From Eledone cirrhosa (taxonomy: Eukaryota), in the NCBI GenBank assembly GCA_964016885.1, contig OZ024753.1:24738001-24802000 (forward strand): a stretch of DNA of 64,000 nt, read 5' to 3'. Below are positions 49,929 through 61,245 of this stretch, one piece after another. How positions within the stretch are numbered: position 1 is the first letter of the stretch; the number at the start of each line of letters is the position of its first letter. The position numbers were made by a program, and so were the translations under genes. The notes below the pieces were generated by a model. The model was not told the origin of the DNA. It ran no database searches and saw only the letters and a list, made by a program, of their open reading frames with translations.

Positions 49929-50325
49929 GGTGCATGGCTTAGTGGTTAGAGCATTAGCATGTAATCGAAAGGTTGTGAGTTCAATTCTCGGACCGGGTGA
50001 TGTGTTGTTTCCTTGGGCAAGACACTTTATTTCACATTGCTCCAGTTTACTCAGCTGTAGAAATGAGATGATAGGACTGGGGTCCCTATCATTCCACTGC
50101 AAAGTGGTCATGGAGGTGCCACAGCAAAAAAGTACCCAGCACTCACTGTAAATGAGGTTGATGTTAGGAAAGGCATCCAGCTGTAGAAATCAAGCCAGAA
50201 TCAGTTCCTGTATGAGCAAGATATGGTCAGCCGACCAGACACTGCCTACAACAGGACAACTCGTCTAACCCATGCTAGCGTGGAAGAATGTACGTAAAAC
50301 GGTGATGATGTTGATGATGATGATA
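49929..50325 (+). mobile_element. Full-length tRNA-derived CORE-like SINE with RTE-A 3' tail
   Basis: A box tggcttagtgg, B box gagttcaattc, ccttgggcaagacacttt core. The 3' ~225 bp match the RTE 3'UTR at 60975-61245. Confidence 0.88.
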
Positions 50326-53300
50326 TAGTGTAGTTGGTATGAGGAAGGGCTTCCAGCCATAGAAACCAATCCAGAAGCAGTTCAGTATGAGAGCATCATA
50401 CTGTCATCTTATCTGACATGTCTCACAATGGAACAACTCGCCTACCTGCTAGCATGGGAAAATAGACATTAAGCAGTGATACTGATCATGATAATTACCG
50501 TGACTCATTCAAAACAATTGACCACCACCAACATCAACGCCACCACCGGCTGAGTGTTCTATTTCCTGGAAAAGTCCGGTATACTTCTAGTATTTAATAG
50601 AGTGAGAATGTCAGAAAGAAGTCATGTCAACCAGCCAAGACAGAGAAGCATGACAGTAATAACTGCAGCCAAGACATAGTAATAGGATAGTAATAACTCC
50701 AGCCAAGACATAGTAATAGGATAGTAATAACTCCAGCCAAGATATAGAAACAGGATAGAAATAACTCCAACCGAGACATAGAAACAGGATAGTAATAACT
50801 CCAGACAAGACATAGAAACAGGATAGAAATAACTCTAACCGAGACATAGAAACGTGATAGTAATAACTCCAACGAAGACATAGAAACAGGATAGTAATAA
50901 CTCCAGACAAGACATAGAAACAGGACAGTAATAACTCCAACCAAGACATAGGAACGTGATAGTAATAACTCCAACGAAGACATAGAAACGTGATAGTAAT
51001 AGCTCCAACCAAGACATAGAAACATGATAGTAATAACTCCAACCAAACATAGAAACATGATAGTAATAACTCCAGCCAAGACATAGAAACATGATAGTAA
51101 TAACTCCAACCAAGACATAGAAACATGATAGTAATAACTCCAACCAAGATATAGAAACAGCATAGTAATAACTCCAACCAAGACATAGAAACAGGATAGT
51201 AATAACTCCAGCCAAGACATAGTAATAGGATAGTAATAACTCCAGTCAAGATATAGAAACATGATAGTAATAGCTCCAACCAAGACATAGAAACATGATA
51301 GTAATAACTCCAACCAAACATACAAACAGGATAGTAATAACTCCAGCCAAGACATAGAAACATGATAGTAATAACTCCAACCAAGACATAGAAACATGAT
51401 AGTAATAACTCCAACCAAGATACAGAAACAGGATAGTAATAACTCCAACCAAGACATAGAAACAGGATAGTAATAACTTCAGTCAAGATATAGAAAGATG
51501 ATAGTAATAACTCCAACCAAGATATAGAAACATGATAGTAATAACTCCAACCAAGACATAGAAACATGATAATAATAACTCCAGTCAAGATATAGAAACA
51601 TAATAGTAATAACTCCAACCAAGACATAGAAACATGATAGTAATAACTCCAGTCAAGATATTACTATTGTTTCAATGTCTTGGTTGGAGTTATTACTATC
51701 ATGTTTCTATGTCTTGGTTGAAGTTATTTCTATCATGTTTCTATGTCTTGGCTGGAGTTATTACTATCATGTTTCTATATCTTGACTGGAGTTATTACTA
51801 TCATGTTTCTATATCTTGACTGGAGTTATTACTATCCTGTTTCTATGTCTTGGTTGGAGTTATTTCTATCATGTTTCTATGTCTTGGTTGGAGTTATTTC
51901 TATCATGTTTCTATGACTTGGTTGGAGTTATTTCTATCATGTTTCTATGTCTTGGTTGTAGTTATTTCTATCATGTTTCTATGTCATCGTTGGAGTTATT
52001 ACTATCCTGTTTCTATGTCTTGGTTGGAGTTATTTCTATCATGTTTCTATGTCTTGGTTGGAGTTATTTCTATCATGTTTCTATGTCTTGGTTGGAGTTA
52101 TTTCTATCATGTTTCTATGTCTTGGTTGGAGTTATTTCTATCATGTTTCTAAGTCTTGGTTGGAGTTATTTCTATAATGTTTCTGTGTCTTGGTTGGAGT
52201 TATTTCTATCATGTTTCTGTGTCTTGGTTGGAGTTATTTCTATCATGTTTCTATGTCTTGGTTGGAGTTATTTCTATAATGTTTCTGTGTCTTGGTTGGA
52301 GTTATTTCTATCATGTTTCTGTGTCTTGGTTGGAGTTATTTCTATAATGTTTCTGTGTCTTGGTTGGAGTTATTTCTATAATGTTTCTGTGTCTTGGTTG
52401 GAGTTATTTCTATAATGTTTCTGTGTCTTGGTTGGAGTTATTTCTATCATGTTTCTGTGTCTTGGTTGGAGTTATTTCTATCATGTTTCTATGTCTTGGT
52501 TGGAGTTATTTCTATCATGTTTCTATGTCTTGGTTGGAGTTATTTCTATCATGTTTCTATGTCTTGGTTGGAGTTATTTCTATCATGTTTCTGTGTCTTG
52601 GTTGGAGTTATTTCTATCATGTTTCTGTGTCTTGGTTGGAGTTATTTCTATCATGTTTCTGTGTCTTGGTTGGAGTTATTTCTATCATGTTTCTATGTCT
52701 TGGTTGGAGTTATTTCTATCATGTTTCTATGTCTTGGTTGGAGTTATTTCTATCATGTTTCTATGTCTTGGTTGGAGTTATTTCTATCATGTTTCTGTGT
52801 CTTGGTTGGAGTTATTTCTATCATGTTTCTGTGTCTTGGTTGGAGTTATTTCTATCATGTTTCTATGTCTTGGTTGGAGTTATTTCTATCATGTTTCTAT
52901 GTCTTGGTTGGAGTTATTTCTATCATGTTTCTGTGTCTTGGTTGGAGTTATTTCTATCATGTTTCTATGTCTTGGTTGGAGTTATTTCTATCATGTTTCT
53001 ATGTCTTGGTTGGAGTTATTTCTATCATGTTTCTATGTCTTGGTTGGAGTTATTACTATCATGTTTCTATATCTTGGCTGGAGTTATTTCTATCATGTTT
53101 CTATGTCTTGGTTGGAGTTATTTCTATCATGTTTCTATGTCTTGGTTGGAGTTATTTCTATCATGTTTCTATGTCTTGGTTGGAGTTATTACTATCATGT
53201 TTCTATATCTTGGCTGGAGTTATTACTATCATGTTTCTATGTCTTGGTTGGAGTTATTACTATCATGTTTCTATGTCTTGGTTGGAGTTATTACTATCAT

Positions 53301-53944
53301 GTTTCTATGTCTTGACTGGAGTTATTACTATGCTGTTTCTATGTCTTTGCTGGAGTTATTACTATCCTGTTTCTATGTCTTGGTTGGAGTTATTACTATC
53401 ATGTTTCTATGTCTTGGTTGGAGTTATTACTATCATGTTTCTATGTCTTGGTTGGAGTTATTACTATCATGTTTCTATGTCTTGGCTGGAGTTATTACTA
53501 TCATGTTTCTATGTCTTGGCTGGAGTTATTACTATCATGTTTCTATGTCTTGGTTGGAGTTATTACTATCATGTTTCTATGTCTTGGTTGGAGTTATTAC
53601 TATCATGTTTCTATATCTTGGCTGGAGTTATTACTATCATGTTTCTATGTCTTGGTTGGAGTTATTACTATCATGTTTCTATGTCTTGGTTGGAGTTATT
53701 ACTATCATGTTTCTATGTCTTGACTGGAGTTATTACTATGCTGTTTCTATGTCTTTGCTGGAGTTATTACTATCCTGTTTCTATGTCTTGGTTGGAGTTA
53801 TTACTATCATGTTTCTATGTCTTGGTTGGAGTTATTACTATCATGTTTCTATGTCTTGGTTGGAGTTATTACTATCATGTTTCTATGTCTTGGCTGGAGT
53901 TATTACTATCCTTTTTCTATGTCTTGGTTGGAGTTATTACTATC

Positions 53945-55483
53945 AAAGTGGTAGGTGTAATTTAGCTGCCATTTCTATTAAAACTAGTTACCAGCCAGAT
54001 GGTCATTAGTTAGCTTGCAGGGAGTACAGGGTAGTCTGTGTATATGTATGTGTGTGTGTGAGAATGAGAGAGAGTGTGTGTGTTGTGTGTATATGTGTGT
54101 GAGTGAGTATGTGTGTGAGTGTGTATGTGTGTATATGTGTATGTATTATTGTATGTTTATTGTTAATATACAAAAGCAATACAGAAGCAGTCGAAGGAGA
54201 GTCGTCTGAAAAGTTGATAGGCTGACTAAGATACTCTCATATAATAACTAAATGGTGTTTATTTTTCAACATAGTTCCTAGAAAGAAACAACCCAGGTTG
54301 AAACTAATGCATCTTTCCTCCATAGTCAGCCTATGAACTTTTCAGCCGAGCCTCGTACATTTATTCTGAGTGAATGTCTAGAATATTCCCAGGTTAGTTC
54401 TACAATTGCTCTGCAGAAGTGTAATATAGGCTTTCTCCTGTTTTCCGTTATGCCTAAAAAAGCAGTATTTTCGATTATTTAAAAAAAAGGTTCTGTTTTC
54501 TAGAAACGAGGCTGAATTGTTGCATAACTTTAAGTCGTTGGACCTTAGAAATCTATTATACTTTATAATCAAGTAATGAGTTCACACAATTAACCGAATT
54601 AAAAATAATCTAAATGAAACCGGATGATTATCATTACCTACACAATAGTATAGAATTTGATTATTTTATAATTTTGCTTAAATATCGATTCTGAATAGAT
54701 TTTATGGTATCTAAAAAAATTTTTTTGACATAATGTTCCTTTATTTCTAGGATAAAATTACATAGAAATAATAAATTATTTAATATTTGGTGAAACATAA
54801 AATAAAAGAATGTGGCATTGTAAAGTACTATAAAGGTGAGGAAAAGGAGGGAAAGGGCAAAGATTATTGAGCAACGAAAGAAATGGCGAAGGGGGCATGG
54901 TGACAGATTCTACATCTAGGTTAGAGCGGTATTTCGACTACACATCACGGTCTGGCAAAGGTAATTCTACGGACAACAACCTGCGACAGCTGCTTTAATA
55001 GCCACGCCAACCAACTCGTAGGGTTCCTCATTCTCGGATAATAATTGCCAAATCTCACTCTAAAAGATCTCATAGCTTAGTACATCAGCCATTGTCTAAA
55101 TCCTGCTCTCTATTTTTATATTTTTTATTGCCATACACTACACGACTTATTAAGGGGGAGGGAGATCAATATTTTATCAATAAATCAATAAGATCTTTCA
55201 GAAAGTCTATATAAATTGCTTACACCGAGGTAATATAATCTCTCAGTATTACAATTAAGAATATGTATCGGGCATAAACTAAACGGCGAATATATATATA
55301 TACTGGATAACAGGTTATCGTTATAGGCAGTCCACTTAGATGTAGTCCAGTTAGAGTACTCCGTGTAGTGGATGGTATTAACGTGTGGCTTAGTTTGACT
55401 CAACAAGACGTTTCCATAGTGATGCTGCGATTTAAAATAATAACATCAATATAAGTAAGAAATAGAGTATAATGATAAATATT
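53945..55483. repeat. 1.54-kb spacer, copy 1 (contains (GT)-rich tract, mariner MITE 54195-54357, PLE-end fragment)
   Basis: Repeated at +3921 bp. MITE termini ctgaaaagttgataggctgac / gtcagcctatgaacttttcagccgagcctcgta. Confidence 0.92.
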
Positions 55484-57865
55484 ACATGATAGTAATAACT
55501 CCTAACCAAGACATAGAAACATGATAGTAATAACTCCAACAAAGACATAGAAACATGATAGTAATAACTACAGCCAAGACATAGAAACAGGATAGTAATA
55601 ACTCCAGACAAGACATAGAAACAGGATAGTAATAACTCCAACCAAGATATAGAAACAAGATAGTAATAACTCCAGCCAAGATATAGAAACATGATAGTAA
55701 TAACTCCAGTCAAGATATAGAAATATGATAGTAATAACTCTAACCAAGACATAGAGACATGATAGTAATAACTCCAGTCAAGATATTACTATTGTTTCAA
55801 TGTCTTGGTTGGAGTTATTACTATCATGTTTCTATGTCTTGGTTGGAGTTATTTCTATCATGTTTCTATGTCTTGGTTGGAGTTATTTCTATCATGTTTC
55901 TATGTCTTGGTTGGAGTTATTTCTATCATGTTTCTAAGTCTTGGTTGGAGTTATTTCTATCATGTTTCTGTGTCTTGGTTGGAGTTATTTCTATCATGTT
56001 TCTATGTCTTGGTTGGAGTTATTTCTATCATGTTTCTATGTCTTGGTTGGAGTTATTTCTATCATGTTTCTATGTCTTCGTTGGAGTTATTACTATCCTG
56101 TTTCTATGTCTTGGTTGGAGTTATTTCTATCATGTTTCTATGTCTTGGTTGGAGTTATTTCTATCATGTTTCTATGTCTTGGTTGGAGTTATTTCTATCA
56201 TGTTTCTAAGTCTTGGTTGGAGTTATTTCTATCATGTTTCTGTGTCTTGGTTGGAGTTATTTCTATCATGTTTCTATGTCTTGGTTGGAGTTATTTCTAT
56301 CATGTTTCTATGTCTTGGTTGGAGTTATTTCTATCATGTTTCTATGTCTTCGTTGGAGTTATTACTATCCTGTTTCTATGTCTTGGTTGGAGTTATTTCT
56401 ATCATGTTTCTATGTCTTGGTTGGAGTTATTTCTATCATGTTTCTGTGTCTTGGTTGGAGTTATTTCTATCATGTTTCTATGTCTTGGTTGGAGTTATTT
56501 CTATCATGTTTCTATGTCTTGGTTGGAGTTATTTCTATCATGTTTCTATGTCTTGGTTGGAGTTATTTCTATCATGTTTCTATGTCTTGGTTGGAGTTAT
56601 TTCTATCATGTTTCTGTGTCTTGGTTGGAGTTATTTCTATCATGTTTCTATGTCTTGGTTGGAGTTATTTCTATCATGTTTCTATGTCTTGGTTGGAGTT
56701 ATTTCTATCATGTTTCTGTGTCTTGGTTGGAGTTATTTCTATCATGTTTCTGTGTCTTGGTTGGAGTTATTTCTATCATGTTTCTATGTCTTGGTTGGAG
56801 TTATTTCTATCATGTTTCTGTGTCTTGGTTGGAGTTATTTCTAACATGTTTCTGTGTCTTGGTTGGAGTTATTTCTATCATGTTTCTATGTCTTGGTTGG
56901 AGTTATTTCTATCATGTTTCTATGTCTTGGTTGGAGTTATTTCTATCATGTTTCTGTGTCTTGGTTGGAGTTATTTCTATCATGTTTCTATGTCTTGGTT
57001 GGAGTTATTTCTATCATGTTTCTATGTCTTGGTTGGAGTTATTTCTATCATGTTTCTGTGTCTTGGTTGGAGTTATTTCTATCATGTTTCTGTGTCTTGG
57101 TTGGAGTTATTTCTATCATGTTTCTATGTCTTGGTTGGAGTTATTTCTATCATGTTTCTGTGTCTTGGTTGGAGTTATTTCTATCATGTTTCTGTGTCTT
57201 GGTTGGAGTTATTTCTATCATGTTTCTATGTCTTGGTTGGAGTTATTTCTATCATGTTTCTATGTCTTGGTTGGAGTTATTTCTATCATGTTTCTGTGTC
57301 TTGGTTGGAGTTATTTCTATCATGTTTCTGTGTCTTGGTTGGAGTTATTTCTATCATGTTTCTATGTCTTGGTTGGAGTTATTTCTATCATGTTTCTGTG
57401 TCTTGGTTGGAGTTATTTCTATCATGTTTCTGTGTCTTGGTTGGAGTTATTTCTATCATGTTTCTGTGTCTTGGTTGGAGTTATTTCTATCATGTTTCTG
57501 TGTCTTGGTTGGAGTTATTTCTATCATGTTTCTGTGTCTTGGTTGGAGTTATTTCTATCATGTTTCTGTGTCTTGGTTGGAGTTATTACTATCATGTTTC
57601 TATATCTTGGTTGGAGTTATTTCTATCATGTTTCTATGTCTTGGTTGGAGTTATTTCTATCATGTTTCTATATCTTGGTTGGAGTTATTTCTATCATGTT
57701 TCTATGTCTTGGTTGGAGTTATTTCTATCATGTTTCTATGTCTTGGTTGGAGTTATTACTATCATGTTTCTATATCTTGGTTGGAGTTATTTCTATCATG
57801 TTTCTATGTCTTGGTTGGAGTTATTTCTATCATGTTTCTATGTCTTGGTTGGAGTTATTACTATC

Positions 57866-59403
57866 AAAGTGGTAGGTGTAATTTAGCTGCCATTTCTATT
57901 AAATCTAGTTACCAGCCAGATGGTCATTAGTTAGCTTGCAGGGAGTACAGGGTAGTCTGTGTATATGTATGTGTGTGTGTGAGAATGAGAGAGAGTGTGT
58001 GTGTTGTGTGTATATGTGTGTGAGTGAGTATGTGTGTGAGTGTGTATGTGTGTATATGTGTATGTATTATTGTATGTTTATTGTTAATATACAAAAGCAA
58101 TACAGAAGCAGTCGAAGGAGAGTCGTCTGAAAAGTTGATAGGCTGACTAAGATACTCTCATATAATAACTAAATGGTGTTTATTTTTCAACATAGTTCCT
58201 AGAAAGAAACAACCCAGGTTGAAACTAATGCATCTTTCCTCCATAGTCAGCCTATGAACTTTTCAGCCGAGCCTCGTACATTTATTCTGAGTGAATGTCT
58301 AGAATATTCCCAGGTTAGTTCTACAATTGCTCTGCAGAAGTGTAATATAGGCTTTCTCCTGTTTTCCGTTATGCCTAAAGAAGCAGTATTTTCGATTATT
58401 TAAAAAAAAGGTTCTGTTTTCTAGAAACGAGGCTGAATTGTTGCATAACTTTAAGTCGTTGGACCTTAGAAATCTATTATACTTTATAATCAAGTAATGA
58501 GTTTACACAATTAACCGAATTAAAAATAATCTAAATGAAACCGGATGATTATCATTACCTACACAATAGTATAGAATTTGGTTATTTTATAATTTTGCTT
58601 AAATATCGATTCTGAATAGATTTTATGGTATCTAAAAAAAATTTGTTTACATAATGTTCCTTTATTTCTAGGATAAAATTACATAGAAATAATAAATTAT
58701 TTAATATTTGGTGAAACTTAAAATAAAAGAATGTGGCATAGTAAAGTACTATAAAGGTGAGGAAAAGGAGGGAAAGGGCAAAGATTATTGAGCAATGAAA
58801 GAAATGGCGAAGGGGGGAAGGTGACAGATTCTACATCTAGGTTAGAGCGGTATTTCGACTACACATCACGGTCTGGCAAAGGTAATTCTGCGGACAACAA
58901 CCTGCGACAGCTGCTTTAATAGCCACGCCAACCAACTCGTAGGGTTCTTCATTCTCGGATAATAATTGCCAAATCTCACTCTAAAAGATCTCATAGCTTA
59001 GTACCTCAGCCATTGTCTAAATCCTGCTCTCTATTTTTACATTTTTTATTGCCATACACTACACGACTTATTAAGGGGGAGGGAGATCAATATTTTATCA
59101 ATAAATCAATAAGATCTTTCAGAAAGTCTATATAAATTGCTTACACCGAGGTAATATAATCTCTCAGTATTACAATTAAGAATATGTATCAGGCATAAAC
59201 TAAACAGCGAATATATATATATACTGGATAACAGGTTATCGTTATAGGCAGTCCACTTAGATGTAGTCCAGTTAGAGTACTCCGTGTAGTGGATGGTATT
59301 AACGTGTGGCTTAGTTTGACTCAACAAGACGTTTCCATAGTGATGCGGCGAGTTAAAATAATAGCATCAATATAAGTTAGAAATAGAGTATAATGATGAA
59401 TAT
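57866..59403. repeat. 1.54-kb spacer, copy 2
   Basis: Near-identical to 53945-55483 with scattered substitutions; ORF-track entries repeat at offset 3921. Confidence 0.92.
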
Positions 59404-59987
59404 TACATGATAGTAATAACTCCAGTCAAGACATAGAAACATGATAGTGATAACTCCAACAAACACATAGAAACATGATAGTAATAACTCCAGTCAAGAT
59501 ATAGAAACATGATAGTAATAACTACAGCCAAGACATAGAAACAGGATAGTAATAACTCCAACCAAGATATAGAAACATGATAGTAATAACTCCAACCAAG
59601 ATATAGAAACATGATAGTAATAACTACAGCCAAGACATAGAAACAGGATAGTAATAACTCCAGACAAGACATAGAAACAAGATAGTAATAACACCAACCA
59701 AGATATAGAAACAAGATAGTAATAACTCCAGCCAAGTTATAGAAACATGATAGTAATAACTCCAGTCAAGATATAGAAATATGATAGTAATAACTCTAAC
59801 CAAGATATAGAGACATGATAGTAATAACTCCAACCAAGACATAGAAACATGATAGTAATAACTCCAGTCAAGATATAGAAACATGATAGTAATAACTCCA
59901 ACCAAGATATAGAAACATGATAGTAATAACTCCAACCAAGATATAGAAACATGATAGTAATAACTCCTAACCAAGACATAGAAACAT

Positions 59988-61245
59988 GATGACCTCGCAC
60001 TCATAGCTGAATCTATGGTAGAACTAGAGAATAAATTCCAAACCTGGAAGCAGGGACTAGAGAGAAAGGGCCTCAAAGTCAACATGACAAAGACTAAGGT
60101 CCTTATAAGTAGACGAGAAAACAGAACCCAGATCCCCTCAGGGAAATGGCCTTGCTCAGTATGTAGGAAAGGTGTAGGTAGGAACTCCATTCTTTGCCCC
60201 AAATGCAAACAATGGGTACACAAGAGATGTAGCGGGATCTCAGGAAGCTTAATTAAGAATGTAGGATTCACATGCAGCAGCTGTGCTGAAACAGCAAGCA
60301 AACAGCCACAGGAAACAAGTACCACCAATCTCTGGGAGGGCCCTGTAGAAACAGTAGACAGCTTCTGCTACCTAGGTGACCGAATTAGCAACGGAGGTGG
60401 GTGCTCAGAAAGTACAATAACTAGGGTAAGAACGGGATGGAAGAAGTTTAGGGAACTACTACCACTGCTAGCTGCAAAAGGCTTCTCCCTCAGAATGAAA
60501 GGCAGACTGTATGATGCGTGTATCCGAACAGCGATGTTGCATGGTAGTGAGACCTGGGCGCTGAAGGTGGAAGACTTACGTAGATTAGAGAGAAACGAAG
60601 CCTGCATGCTCCGATGGATGTGTAACAGTAATATACGTGAACGACAAAGCATAAATGAATTGAGAGAGAGACTGAGCATAAGAGGAATCAAATGCTGCGT
60701 GCAGGAGAGGCGGTTACGCTGGTATGGACATGTGATGCGTATGAAGGATGACAGCTGCATAAAAAGGTGCAGAGCACTAGAAGTTGATGGAAACCGCGGA
60801 GTGGGGAGACCCAAGATGACTTGGGATGAGGTGATAAGAGCCGACCTTACCCAACTACACCTCTCAAAGTCAATGACACACGACCGTGACTTCTGGCGTC
60901 ACGCAGTAATACAGGGTACCCGACCTCCCATGGGTACATGCTGAAGCATATAAACAATATGCCCCCCCCCCCACCGCAAGGTGGTCGTGGAGGTGCCACG
61001 GCAAAAAAGCACCCAGCCCACACTGTAAAGTGGACGTGTAGGCGCCACGAAAAAGCACCCAGCACTCACTGTAAATGAGGTTGGTGTTAGGAAGGGCATC
61101 CAGCTGTAGAAATCAAGCCAGATCAGTTCCTGTATGAGCAAGGCATGGTCAGCCGACCAGACACTGCCCACAACAGGACAACCCGTCTAACCCATGCTAG
61201 CGTGGAAGAACGGACGTAAAACGGTGATGATGATGATGATGATGA
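59988..61245 (+). mobile_element. 5'-truncated RTE family A copy inserted in the 34-bp satellite
   Basis: Starts at DDLALIAE. Open ORF 60015-60944, complete 3'UTR and (GAT)n tail. The satellite resumes in register. Confidence 0.95.

Noticed and set aside
49929-50000. tRNA gene
   Set aside because: The A/B boxes belong to a SINE head; no complete cloverleaf.
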